Of a DNA stretch of 64,000 bases, positions 54,873 to 64,000 are shown one piece after another. The DNA lies in NCBI GenBank assembly GCA_965248765.1, contig CBDFKF010000003.1, positions 566,222 through 630,221 on the forward strand, in the 5' to 3' direction. Source of the DNA: Alphaproteobacteria bacterium (GTDB lineage: Bacteria; Pseudomonadota; Alphaproteobacteria; VGEJ01). The notes under the pieces were generated by a model. That model was given only the letters and a program-made list of their open reading frames with translations, had not been told where the DNA came from and did no database searches. Within the stretch, counting starts at the first letter, position 1. Every line of letters begins with the position of its first letter. Made by a program: the position numbers and the translations under genes.

Positions 54873-56659
54873 CGGCGCCCGAACAGCCGCTCGATCGCCG
54901 CGAGATCGAGTGCGATGTACGTGGGGCGCCCGTGATTGCACTGGCCGGAATGCGGCGTCCGTTCCATTTCACGCAACAGCGCGTTCATCTCCTCGGCATT
55001 CAGCCGACGACCCGCCCGGACGCTGCCGTGGCAGGCCATGGTGCTGCATACCGCATCGAGGCGCTCGCGCAAGCCGGCTGCCCGGTCGAGCTCCCGCAGG
55101 TCATCAGCGAGATCGCGCACCAGCCCCGGCACATCGGTTTGGCCCAACGGTCCCGGCACCTCTCGCACGACGATTGCGCCGGGGCCGAACGGCTCGACGG
55201 TCAAGCCCAGTTCGGCCAGTTCGTCGGCACGCTCGGCGAGACGAGCGGCGTCCGCTTCGTCGAGCTCGACCACCTCGGGGATCAACAGGCCCTGCCGCGC
55301 CACACCAGCCCCCGCCAGGGCAGCTTTCATGCGCTCGTAGACCAACCGCTCATGGGCCGCGTGCTGGTCGACGATGACGATGCCCTCGCTGGTTTGGGCA
55401 ATGATGTAGGTATCGTGCACCTGACCGCGCGCCGCGCCCAACGGGAACGCCGTGGCCCATTCATCGGCGTCTGCGCTCTCCATCGCATCGTGGCGGGCCG
55501 AGGGAGCATCGACCCCGGCCGTATCGCGGTTGCCGGCGGGCAGCGGCGCCTGATAGGCGATGCTCGCTTCCGCAAGGCCGCGGGAAAAGCTGGTACCCCG
55601 ACCGCTTGCCGGGCGGAATGCACCGAGCGCCGCCTGCGCGACGCTGGTCGCCGAGCGGTGCCCTGCCAGCGCCAACGCGTGCTTGATGGCCCCGACGATC
55701 AGACCGCGGACCAGACCAGCGTCGCGAAAACGAACCTCGGTCTTGGCCGGGTGAACGTTGACGTCGATCGATTCGGCCGGCGCCTCGAGGTACATCGCCA
55801 ACACGGGATGACGATCGTGCGCGAGCACGTCGTGATACGCGCCACGCACCGCACCGGCGAGGACCTTGTCGCGCACCGGACGGCCATTGACGCATAAGAA
55901 TTGCGTGCGGGCGCTGCCCCGGTTGAACGTCGGCAGACCGGCATAGCCGGTGAGCCGGATGCCCTCGCGCTCGGCCTCGATCACCATCGCGTTCTCGGCG
56001 AATTCGCGGCCAAAAAGGGCGCGCAGGCGCGCCAGCCGCGCCTCGAACAAATCGCCGGATACCGCGGGCAACCGGAGCAGCGCGCGTTCTCCATGGCGCA
56101 ACGAGAACGCGACATCGTGGTGCGCAGCGGCCAGCCGTTTGACGGTATCGTGCGCCTGCTCGAGCTCGGCGCGCTCGCTTTTAAGGAACTTGAGGCGCGC
56201 CGGAGTCGCGAAGAAGAGATCACGGACCTCGACGGTCGTTCCCCGGGTGTGCGCCGCCGGCACCGGCTTGCTGCGCACCCCGGCCGAGACCTTGAGTTCC
56301 CACGCGCTGTCCGCTGCCGCCGTGCGCGAGACGAGGCGCAGGTGGCTGACGGCAGCTATCGACGGCAGCGCCTCGCCGCGGAAGCCGAGCGTCCGAATGT
56401 TCTCGAGATCATCGTCCGGCAGCTTTGACGTGGCGTGGCGTTCGACTGCCAACACGAGGTCCTCGGCCGTCATGCCACAGCCGTCATCGCTGACGCGGAT
56501 CATGTCCCTGCCGCCGCCTTCGAGCTCGATGTCGACCTGCCGGGCGCCCGCATCGATGGCGTTTTCGACCAGTTCCTTGAGCGCTGCCGCTGGCCGCTCC
56601 ACCACCTCGCCGGCGGCAATCCGGTTGATGACCGATTCATCGAGCCGGCGGATCGTCAT
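54869..56659 (-). CDS. mutL: DNA mismatch repair endonuclease MutL
   Basis: [44 protein letters not shown] and a C-terminal CNHGRPT. Confidence 0.9.
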   Translation of the reverse strand: MTIRRLDESVINRIAAGEVVERPAAALKELVENAIDAGARQVDIELEGGGRDMIRVSDDGCGMTAEDLVLAVERHATSKLPDDDLENIRTLGFRGEALPSIAAVSHLRLVSRTAAADSAWELKVSAGVRSKPVPAAHTRGTTVEVRDLFFATPARLKFLKSERAELEQAHDTVKRLAAAHHDVAFSLRHGERALLRLPAVSGDLFEARLARLRALFGREFAENAMVIEAEREGIRLTGYAGLPTFNRGSARTQFLCVNGRPVRDKVLAGAVRGAYHDVLAHDRHPVLAMYLEAPAESIDVNVHPAKTEVRFRDAGLVRGLIVGAIKHALALAGHRSATSVAQAALGAFRPASGRGTSFSRGLAEASIAYQAPLPAGNRDTAGVDAPSARHDAMESADADEWATAFPLGAARGQVHDTYIIAQTSEGIVIVDQHAAHERLVYERMKAALAGAGVARQGLLIPEVVELDEADAARLAERADELAELGLTVEPFGPGAIVVREVPGPLGQTDVPGLVRDLADDLRELDRAAGLRERLDAVCSTMACHGSVRAGRRLNAEEMNALLREMERTPHSGQCNHGRPTYIALDLAAIERLFGRR

Positions 56660-57945
56660 GTCCCAGCCTCCAGATAGCGTCGCGTCAGCACCTTGCCCTC
56701 TTCGACGGCCGGCTGGTCGAATGGATCGAGCCCGAGGAGACCGGCAGCGATGATTGTCTCCAGCATGAAATGCATGAACAACGCCCCGAGCCCGTGCTCG
56801 TCGAGCCGCGGGACCGACAACAGCCGCATCGGGCGTCCGCGCGCCGCCAGGGTCTCGGCCGTGGCGTGCGCCTGAGCGGCCACGATGTCGCCGATCGTAT
56901 GATCAGCGAGATAGCCGAGTCCGGCAGTTTCGGCCAGATCGCCTGGAATCCGCGGACCGAGCCCGGCGCTCTCGACGGTAATCAGGGTGAACAGCTTGTT
57001 GGCTGGGCCGTCGAGGAAGAGCTGCAACAGGCTGTGCTGATCGGCCGGACCGCGGGCCTGGACTGGCGTCGTGCCGTGGCCATCTTTGCCGAGGCTCTCG
57101 GCCCATAGTTGGCAATACCACGCACTGAAACGCCGCAAGCCGTCGGCGTAGGCCATGACCACGCTCGTATCGATCCCGCGCTCGCGCGCCAATCCCACCG
57201 CGATGGCCGCCCCCACGGCCGCCGGCGCCTCCTCGCCGCTTTCGAGGTTGCGCGTGAGAGCCGCGGCCGCCCCGGCACGCAACGCGGCTGGATCGAGACC
57301 GAGCAGCAGCGCCGGCACCGCGCCGACGACGCTCAGCACGGAGTAACGCCCGCCGACACCGGGGTCGTGATCGAGAACCGTAAAGTCGAAGCGCTCGGCG
57401 AGCCGGCGCAGTGGGTTGTCGCCCGGCTCCGCGACGACGAGGAAGCGCTCGGCGAGGGGCCCGATCCGCGCCTCCTCGCACGCCCGGATTGCCACCAGCA
57501 GCTGAGCTAACGGCTCGACCGTGCCGCCCGATTTCGAGATAACCACGAAGCCGGTCTCCGCAACGTCGGCCAAGGTGAGCAGCTCTGCAAGCGTCCGGCC
57601 GTCGAGGCCATCGAGGAAGGTCAGTGCCGCCGCCGGGCCCGCGCCGGCGAGATCGGCGAGGCACTGCCCGCCGAGGCTGGAACCCCCGGCACCAATGAGG
57701 GCGAAGCGCGGGAACCGCTGCCGCAAGGCTTCCACCGCTGCGCTGATGACGTCGAGATCGTCGCGAAGGTCGGGCAATGCCAACAGTGGCAGCGCCCTCG
57801 ACCGCCGCTCGCCCTCGAGCCATTCGAGGATCGTGACGCTCGCGTCGAGTTCGGCAGCGAACGCGACGTGGCTCAGTCCGCGCTCGCCAATGCGTTCCGC
57901 GAAGCAGCTCTCGGTCAGGTGTACATAAGACAACGATGCGCCCAC
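56656..57945 (-). CDS. pgi: Glucose-6-phosphate isomerase (short type)
   Basis: About 429 aa with [32 protein letters not shown] and a SIS-fold pattern. The start is uncertain (GTG 57945 or TTG 57933). Confidence 0.7.
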   Translation of the reverse strand: MGASLSYVHLTESCFAERIGERGLSHVAFAAELDASVTILEWLEGERRSRALPLLALPDLRDDLDVISAAVEALRQRFPRFALIGAGGSSLGGQCLADLAGAGPAAALTFLDGLDGRTLAELLTLADVAETGFVVISKSGGTVEPLAQLLVAIRACEEARIGPLAERFLVVAEPGDNPLRRLAERFDFTVLDHDPGVGGRYSVLSVVGAVPALLLGLDPAALRAGAAAALTRNLESGEEAPAAVGAAIAVGLARERGIDTSVVMAYADGLRRFSAWYCQLWAESLGKDGHGTTPVQARGPADQHSLLQLFLDGPANKLFTLITVESAGLGPRIPGDLAETAGLGYLADHTIGDIVAAQAHATAETLAARGRPMRLLSVPRLDEHGLGALFMHFMLETIIAAGLLGLDPFDQPAVEEGKVLTRRYLEAGT

Positions 57946-58017
57946 GCGTGCGATGGGGGGCCCAACACGATTATACGCCGCCCCCTCGGCTCTGCGAAAC
58001 GACGCCGGTTCCGCCTC

Positions 58018-59343
58018 TCAGTCCAGTCCCGCCGGGTCGCCGACAATCACTGTGATGAGATCGTCGGTGCGAATAATCCGCCGCGCGACGCGCCGCACAT
58101 CGGCGGCAGTCACGGCGCGAATGTACTCGGCGCGGCGCTCGAGGTAGTCCAAGCCGAGCTCGTCGAGTTGGATGTTGATGAGCGCATTGGCAATGTTCCC
58201 GTTGCTGGTTAGCCGCAGCGGGTATGCGCCGGCCACATAATCCTTGGCCGCCGCCAGTTCATCGTCGCTCACACCTTCGAGGGCAATGCGATCAAGCTCG
58301 ATGCGAATGATGTTGAGGGTCTCAGCCGCGCGCTCGTTGGCCGTCGCCGCCCCGCCCATGTAAAGGCCGCTGCGGTCCATGGTGCTCATATAGGTGTAGA
58401 TCGAGTAAGCGAGCCCTCGCTTCTCTCGGACCTCGCGATAAAGACGCGAGGTGAAGGTGCCGCCGCCGATGACGTGGTTCATCACGTAGGCGGCGTAGAA
58501 GTCGGGGTCGTCCCGCTTGATGCCAGGCAGACCGAAACGGACGATGCTCTGGGGAATTTCGTGACGCACGACGATGGTTGCCCCGCCGGCCGCCGGGCGC
58601 GCCTCTGGCACCTCGGCCGGCCCGGCCGCCTCCGGCAGATCCGCAAATGCGAGATCGAGCAGGCGGCCCAGCTCCTCGGAGTCGATATCGCCGACCACGG
58701 CGATCACCAGATTGTCGCGTGCAAGACGGGTCGCGGCCAAAGTGTGCAAGTCATCCGCTGTGATCCCGGCGATGCTCTCCGGTGTTCCCTGCGCCGGCCG
58801 CCCATAAGGATGGTCGGGAAACGCCGCGCCGAACCATGTGCGCCCGGCGATGCGGCCAGGATCGGCCTCGTCCTGTTTCAACGTCGACAGGATCTGGCGC
58901 CGGACCCGCTCCACCGGCTCGGCATCGAACCGCGGTTTCGTGAGCGCGAGCCCGGCCAGTCTGAATGCCTCTTCACGGTTCTCGGCAAGGGTACGCAGGC
59001 TGATGTCCAGACTCTCACGCCGCGCCTGGACGCCGAACTCGATGGCGGAATCGGCGAGCCGTTCCTGGAAGGCCTGTGAATCCAGCTCACCGGCACCCTC
59101 ATCGAGCAGACCCGACAGCATGTGGGTCAGGCCTTCGGCGCCTTCCGGGTCGAGCACGGCGCCGCCGCGGAAGACAAACTCCGCGGCGATGATCGAGATC
59201 GACGGCTCGTAGACGTGCCACGCTTTGATGCCGCCGGGGCTCTCGATGGTCTTGATGTCGAGCGCGGCCGCGCTCGCCGCGGCCCAAAGCGGCAGCACGA
59301 GCGCCAATAGCGTGACGCCCAGCGGTCTCTTCGCCGCCGCCAT
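58018..59343 (-). CDS. M16-family (pitrilysin-like) peptidase subunit without an HxxEH motif
   Basis: 441 aa with the signal peptide LLALVLPLWAAASAAA and M16 fold segments (GLTHMLSGLLDEGAG). It is paired with the upstream M16 gene. Confidence 0.8.
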   Translation of the reverse strand: MAAAKRPLGVTLLALVLPLWAAASAAALDIKTIESPGGIKAWHVYEPSISIIAAEFVFRGGAVLDPEGAEGLTHMLSGLLDEGAGELDSQAFQERLADSAIEFGVQARRESLDISLRTLAENREEAFRLAGLALTKPRFDAEPVERVRRQILSTLKQDEADPGRIAGRTWFGAAFPDHPYGRPAQGTPESIAGITADDLHTLAATRLARDNLVIAVVGDIDSEELGRLLDLAFADLPEAAGPAEVPEARPAAGGATIVVRHEIPQSIVRFGLPGIKRDDPDFYAAYVMNHVIGGGTFTSRLYREVREKRGLAYSIYTYMSTMDRSGLYMGGAATANERAAETLNIIRIELDRIALEGVSDDELAAAKDYVAGAYPLRLTSNGNIANALINIQLDELGLDYLERRAEYIRAVTAADVRRVARRIIRTDDLITVIVGDPAGLD

Positions 59344-59345
59344 TC

Positions 59346-60686
59346 CTAGCCCCCCCCAGCGGTCGCCGGCAGCAACACACCGGTCACGTGGTAGCCGACG
59401 AGGACGTAGCGAGCCGCCGCATTGACGGCATCGACCGACACAGCGGAGATGCGCTCAGGCCACGTCTCGATATCCTCGATAGTAGCGCCGGACAACAGCG
59501 CAACGCCGAAAATACGCGCGGTCCGGCGCATGTTGTCGCGGGCGTAGACGGCGCTCGCGCGCATGCCGCGTTTGGACCGCTCGAGCTCTGCCTCCGTGAC
59601 CCCTTCGGCCAACAGCTCGCGCACGACGTCATCGATCGCCGCCTCGATATCGTCCAGATCGAGCCCCGGATTGGGCGTCGAATAGAGGTTAAATTCCGAG
59701 ATATCGAGCCGGTTGATACTGTAGTAGCTGCCTGCGGCCGCCGCGATTTGGTCCTCAACCACCAACGACCGGTAGAGCCTGCTGTTGGTGCCGCCGCCCA
59801 GAATGTCGGCGAGCAGCATGAGCGGCAGGGCATGCTCGGTAGCGCCGCGGTTGCCCGACGGCGCGAGGTAGCTACGCTGCCAACCCGGGCGCATCACCCG
59901 CTGGTCGCGGTACACGATGCGACGGTTGGCGCGTTGCGGCGGCTCCTCAACCCGATCGCGCACCACCGGCGGGCCAGCGTCGATCGGGCCGTAGTACTTC
60001 TCGGCGAGCGGCAGGATGTCTTCCAGCGTGACGTCACCGGCAACGACCAGGACGGCGTTGGCGGGCGTGTAGTGCTGCCGGTAGAAGGCCAGCGCATCGT
60101 CGCGCGTCAGGCCGCGCATCTCATGCTCCCAGCCGATGACCGGGATGCGATACGGATGGGCGAGATACAGCGCGGCATTCATCTGCTCGGCCAACAGCGC
60201 CGCCGGCTCGTTGTCGGTGCGGCTTCTGCGCTCCTCGAGGATGACTGCGCGCTCGGTCGCGACCTCGGCGTCCGCGAGTGTCAGATTGACCATACGATCG
60301 GCCTCGAGGCGCATGACGGTTTCGAGCTGGTCGGCCGGAACGGTTTGGAAATAGGCCGTGTAGTCGAGGCTGGTGAACGCGTTCTCGCTGCCGCCGTGGC
60401 GCGCCACCGCGGCCGAGAAGGTATCGCCAGGCGCACTCGGCGTCCCCTTGAACAAAAGGTGTTCGAGGAAGTGGGCGAGGCCCGACTTGCCCGGGGGATC
60501 GTCGGCGGCGCCCACCCGGTACCAAATCATGTGGGTCACGACCGGGGCGCGACGATCGGGAATGACGACGATCTCGAGCCCGTTTGCGAGCGTCGCGACC
60601 TGGGGATTGAACAGACCGGCCTCCGTCGGCACGGCCGCCAACGCCAGAACGAGCATGGACAGTAGGGCCGGCATCGCCCGGCTCAT
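59346..60686 (-). CDS. M16-family zinc metallopeptidase
   Basis: 446 aa with a signal peptide, the inverted zinc motif GLAHFLEHLLFKG (HxxEH) and a downstream E. Confidence 0.85.
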   Translation of the reverse strand: MSRAMPALLSMLVLALAAVPTEAGLFNPQVATLANGLEIVVIPDRRAPVVTHMIWYRVGAADDPPGKSGLAHFLEHLLFKGTPSAPGDTFSAAVARHGGSENAFTSLDYTAYFQTVPADQLETVMRLEADRMVNLTLADAEVATERAVILEERRSRTDNEPAALLAEQMNAALYLAHPYRIPVIGWEHEMRGLTRDDALAFYRQHYTPANAVLVVAGDVTLEDILPLAEKYYGPIDAGPPVVRDRVEEPPQRANRRIVYRDQRVMRPGWQRSYLAPSGNRGATEHALPLMLLADILGGGTNSRLYRSLVVEDQIAAAAGSYYSINRLDISEFNLYSTPNPGLDLDDIEAAIDDVVRELLAEGVTEAELERSKRGMRASAVYARDNMRRTARIFGVALLSGATIEDIETWPERISAVSVDAVNAAARYVLVGYHVTGVLLPATAGGG

Positions 60687-60809
60687 AATTGCGCGCGTTG
60701 GTGAAAGGAAGCGGAAGATGGGCTCAATATGGAGGAACGCCCGGCATTGGCAAGGTCCCGCTACTCAACCTTGCGTGAGCGCGCCCCGCCAGCCCTGCAG
60801 GGCGCTGAT

Positions 60810-60890
60810 TCAGGCGAAGATCAGGAGCAGGACAACGACGACGAGAACGGCAACGCCGGCGACCCACCGTACGATCTGCTTGCTGTCCAT
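60810..60890 (-). CDS. Possible 26-aa single-TM micro-protein (absent from the ORF track)
   Basis: ATG 60890 follows AGGGGGAATCGG. The product is MDSKQIVRWVAGVAVLVVVVLLLIFA, ending at TGA. It sits in the operon gap between the DUF3035 and M16 genes. Confidence 0.3.
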   Translation of the reverse strand: MDSKQIVRWVAGVAVLVVVVLLLIFA

Positions 60891-60971
60891 CCGATTCCCC
60901 CTGCTGGGCTTGGGTAGCCGCCTAACGATTTAGCTGCGGTGGCGCGCCACAAACTGGAAAAGACGGCAGCG

Positions 60972-61565
60972 CTAGAAGACCTCCTCGAACAGCGCCTTGT
61001 CACGCTCGATGACGACCGGCGTCTCCCCCTCAGTGACCGAGCGACCAGTCGCTGCGTTCTCCTGCAATCGCTCTCTTTCCTTGGCCGCATCGACCAACTC
61101 TCCCGGCGGCGAATCCTCCCTCCAGAAGACCAACCGATCCACAAAACCCTCATCGCGGCTTGCGAACAACGCAGACTCCTGCCGCAGAACCTGGCGGATA
61201 TTGGGATCGGCGCGATCGGCGCCCGCCGCTTGCAACAGCGCGGTTTCGGCAGCGGGCAATTCGTCGTTGGCCGCCGGCGCGTTCGCCACTGGTTCGTCGA
61301 ATAGCGCAGCTTGGGCCTGCTCGCTTGGCCGATACTCCTGCGGTCGGGGTGCCCCGGGCGATGGCGGCCTTAGGGTCAGCTCGGGCGGCACGATAAGCGG
61401 CGCCCGCGTCACCACCGCGAACTCGTCGGGCTGGTTCTTGGTCAGGCCGAGGGCCTCGCGGCTTTGCTCACAGCTGGCGAGCCACGGCAACGATGCGCAC
61501 AGGAGGGCAGCGCCGATGAGCCCCCTGCGTGGCGCCCATCTATCGCTCGATTGGCGCAAGGTCAT
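60972..61565 (-). CDS. DUF3035 lipoprotein
   Basis: ATG 61565 overlaps the lspA stop (ATGA). The lipobox is LPWLASC, followed by LGLTKNQPDEFAVVTRAPLIVPPELTLRPP, which is typical of alphaproteobacterial DUF3035. Confidence 0.65.
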   Translation of the reverse strand: MTLRQSSDRWAPRRGLIGAALLCASLPWLASCEQSREALGLTKNQPDEFAVVTRAPLIVPPELTLRPPSPGAPRPQEYRPSEQAQAALFDEPVANAPAANDELPAAETALLQAAGADRADPNIRQVLRQESALFASRDEGFVDRLVFWREDSPPGELVDAAKERERLQENAATGRSVTEGETPVVIERDKALFEEVF

Positions 61566-62035
61566 GTCCAAGTTTTAGTCCGTTCGCGACTGCTCCACAA
61601 GCCATCGACCAACAGAATCAAGACGCCGATCACGATGGCCGAATCGGCAACATTGAACGCGGGCCAGTGGAAGGATCCGACGTGAAAATCGAAGAAGTCG
61701 GCCACCGCGCTGTACGCGATGCGGTCGGTAACGTTGCCTACCGCACCGCCGATGATCATGCCAATCGCAAGGGCCGGCCGTGGCTGCCGGGTTCGCCACA
61801 ACCACACCGCCAGTGCGGCTACCACGATGAGCGCCACCGTCACCAAGACCCAGCCAGCAGCGCCATCGCGCCATAAGCCGAAGCTGATGCCAGGGTTCCA
61901 AACCATGACCAGGTTGAACAAGCCGGGAATGACGACCTCGCGGCCGACCTCTTGTAGGTGGTCGATCAGGATGAGTTTCGAGAGCTGATCGACGGCATAA
62001 ACGACCACGCCCGTCGCCAGCCCTAGCCGCCACAT
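61562..62035 (-). CDS. lspA: Lipoprotein signal peptidase (signal peptidase II)
   Basis: ATG 62035 gives MWRLGLATGVVVYAVDQLSKLIL..., with NPGISFG and FHWPAFNVADSAIVIG. The start overlaps the ileS stop by 1 nt. Confidence 0.85.
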   Translation of the reverse strand: MWRLGLATGVVVYAVDQLSKLILIDHLQEVGREVVIPGLFNLVMVWNPGISFGLWRDGAAGWVLVTVALIVVAALAVWLWRTRQPRPALAIGMIIGGAVGNVTDRIAYSAVADFFDFHVGSFHWPAFNVADSAIVIGVLILLVDGLWSSRERTKTWT

Positions 62036-64000
62036 CAGCTCGCGGCGGCAGCGCTCGCCGGCTCTTCTACTGCCGCCGCACAGCGACCGCACAGATCGGT
62101 GTAGCCGGCGACCTCGCCCACCTCGATGAGGACGCGCCAGCAACGCTCACAGCGGGCGCCGTCAGCGGGCTCACAGACCACGGCGACATCGGGCACATCG
62201 GCGACCGTGAACGCGCCGGCGGGCGGCGGGCCGTCGACCAGCGACGCCTGGGAGGTGATGGCGATTTCGGCAAGATCGATACCGTCGAGGGCCGCACGAT
62301 ACTCCTCGGCCGCGAACACTTTGGCATGCGCTTGCAGGCTTGAACCGAGGCGCTTCTCCCGGCGCTCGATCTCCAGCGCTCCGGTGATGACCCGCCTCAG
62401 GCGGCGGATCCTCTCCCAGCGCTCAGCCAGCGCATCGCTGCGCCAGTCGGCCGGAACCTCGGGCAGCGTTTGCAGGTGGATACTGTCCGCGCCATCCCCG
62501 AAGCGGGCAAGAAAAGCCTCCTCGGTGGTGAAGCATAAAACCGGTGCAAACCAGATCGTCAGGCATGAGAACAGTTGATCAAGTACGGTCCGTGCGGCAC
62601 GGCGGCGCTGGCTATCTGGGCGGTCGCAGTAGAGAGAGTCCTTGCGAACGTCGAAATAGAAGGCCGACAGTTCGACCGCGCAGAAGTTGTAGAGAGCGAT
62701 GAACTGTGTATGAAAATCGAAGTCATCGGCTGACCGCCGGACCAGCTCATCGAGGCGATGCAGCCGATCGAGCACCCAGCGCTCGAGCTCCGGCATCTCC
62801 GCGACGGGGAGCCGCTCGGTCTCGGTGAACCCGGCCAGGTTGCCCAGCAGAAAACGCAGCGTGTTGCGCAGACGACGGTAGGTGTCGACCTGATGTTTGA
62901 TGATGTCGGGACCGATCCGGAGATCCTCGGTGTAGTCGCTAGCAACGACCCATACCCGCAGGATCTCCGCACCGTAGGTATCGGCGATCTCCAGCGGCGA
63001 GACGACGTTGCCAAGAGATTTGGACATCTTGCGGCCCTCGCCGTCCATGACGAATCCATGGGTGAGGACGGCCTCGAACGGCGCTCGCCCCCGGGTGCCG
63101 CACGATTCTAAAAGCGATGATTGAAACCATCCGCGGTGTTGGTCGGATCCCTCGCAATAGATCGAGGCCGGCCACTTCAGATCGGCGCGCTCCTCCAGCA
63201 CGAACCCGTGCGTGGCACCCGAATCGAACCACACCTCGGCGATGTCTTTGACCACCTCGTAGTCTCCGGCATCATGCTCGCTACCGAGGAATCGGGCCGG
63301 CTCGCTCGTGAACCAGGCTTCCGCGCCCTCCTTGGAGAAGATGTCGAAGATGCGCGCATTGACCGTTTCGTCGCGCAGTGGCTCACCCGTCTCGCGATGG
63401 ACGAACAGCGGAATCGGCACGCCCCAGGCGCGCTGACGCGACAGCACCCATTCGATTCTGGCTTCGACCATCGATTGGATGCGATTGCGGCTGGCGCTCG
63501 GCACCCACCGCACCTCCTGGATGGCGGCAAGGGCCGTCTCCCTCAAGCCCGTCGCGGTCATGCTGATAAACCACTGCGGGGTGTTGCGGAAGATGAGCGG
63601 CGTCTTCGACCGCCACGAGTGCGGGTAGCTGTGCACCAGCGAGCCGCGCCCGAGCAGAGCGCCGACCTCGGCAAGCTTGTCAGCGACGGCGCGGTCGACC
63701 TCGAAGACGTTGCGGCCGGCGAAGATCGGCACGTCGGATAGATAGTCGCCGGCCTCATCGACCGTGTGCGGGACCTCGAGCCCATGGGCGGTGCCAAGCT
63801 CGAAGTCGTCCGCCCCGGCGCCAGGATTGATGTGGACGAGACCCGTGCCTTGGTCCATCGCGACAAAATCGGCCGGCAGCATCGGCACGTCGAAGTCGTA
63901 GCCGAGACCGCGCCAGGGGTGTGAGCACCGAGTACCGTCGAACACCGTGCCCCGGAATTCTGCCATCACCTCGTGACCGGTGATGCCGGTCTCGGCGCAG
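62035..64000 (-). CDS. ileS: Isoleucine--tRNA ligase, C-terminal two thirds (N-terminus beyond window end)
   Basis: KMSKSLGN motif, the editing and anticodon-binding regions, and a C-terminal zinc-finger-like CERCWRV...CGRC. The reading frame is open to position 64000. Confidence 0.9.
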   Translation of the reverse strand, partial: CAETGITGHEVMAEFRGTVFDGTRCSHPWRGLGYDFDVPMLPADFVAMDQGTGLVHINPGAGADDFELGTAHGLEVPHTVDEAGDYLSDVPIFAGRNVFEVDRAVADKLAEVGALLGRGSLVHSYPHSWRSKTPLIFRNTPQWFISMTATGLRETALAAIQEVRWVPSASRNRIQSMVEARIEWVLSRQRAWGVPIPLFVHRETGEPLRDETVNARIFDIFSKEGAEAWFTSEPARFLGSEHDAGDYEVVKDIAEVWFDSGATHGFVLEERADLKWPASIYCEGSDQHRGWFQSSLLESCGTRGRAPFEAVLTHGFVMDGEGRKMSKSLGNVVSPLEIADTYGAEILRVWVVASDYTEDLRIGPDIIKHQVDTYRRLRNTLRFLLGNLAGFTETERLPVAEMPELERWVLDRLHRLDELVRRSADDFDFHTQFIALYNFCAVELSAFYFDVRKDSLYCDRPDSQRRRAARTVLDQLFSCLTIWFAPVLCFTTEEAFLARFGDGADSIHLQTLPEVPADWRSDALAERWERIRRLRRVITGALEIERREKRLGSSLQAHAKVFAAEEYRAALDGIDLAEIAITSQASLVDGPPPAGAFTVADVPDVAVVCEPADGARCERCWRVLIEVGEVAGYTDLCGRCAAAVEEPASAAAAS

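Overview
High-GC chromosomal segment, probably alphaproteobacterial. That assignment is an inference from DUF1013, DUF2093, DUF3035 and DUF465 genes and from purD/xseA and ileS-lspA synteny. I support about 60 protein-coding genes and found no rRNA, tRNA or CRISPR array. Layout: (1) 1-13.8 kb, a catabolic island with a peptide-type ABC binding protein and permease, an enolase-superfamily enzyme, Fe- and Zn-alcohol dehydrogenases, an acyl-CoA synthetase, a coxMSL-like molybdenum hydroxylase, two SMP-30 lactonases and an LLM monooxygenase. (2) 13.9-17.3 kb, a divergent DUF465 pair, a decaying PAS-PAS gene, and an AT-richer 1.78-kb IS1595-family element with inverted repeats, an 8-bp target duplication and small passenger ORFs. 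(3) 17.3-23 kb, two acyl-CoA ligases, an SDR and a C45/AAT-family acyltransferase. (4) 24.1-29.9 kb, a cobalamin riboswitch followed by btuB, a BtuFCD-type importer and tonB. (5) 30.3-38.3 kb, a signalling and stress region with a GAF-adenylate cyclase, two tandem paralogous small two-TM proteins of unrecognised family, VOC, hydrolase-OsmC, RidA and GST genes, and a sensor cyclase paired with a stand-alone cNMP-binding protein. (6) 38.3-42 kb, RraA-family, lipid kinase and molybdopterin oxidoreductase genes. (7) 42.05-43.42 kb, an ISNCY/IS1202-like insertion sequence with a 17-bp target duplication. (8) 43.5-49.2 kb, msbA, DUF374, waaA, lpxK and an lpxL-family gene. (9) 49.2-64 kb, housekeeping genes: xseA, purD, tadA, a pseudouridine synthase, rsmD, mutL, pgi, two M16 peptidases, lspA and ileS. 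The main cross-cutting observation is nine reading-frame lesions (six indels, three in-frame stops) in eight accessory, sensory, transport or mobile genes, while housekeeping genes are intact. The best candidate for something undescribed is the tandem pair of small membrane proteins at 31.87-32.58 kb. The passenger ORFs of the IS1595-type element come second. All calls rest on hand translation and motif recognition. No database search was possible.
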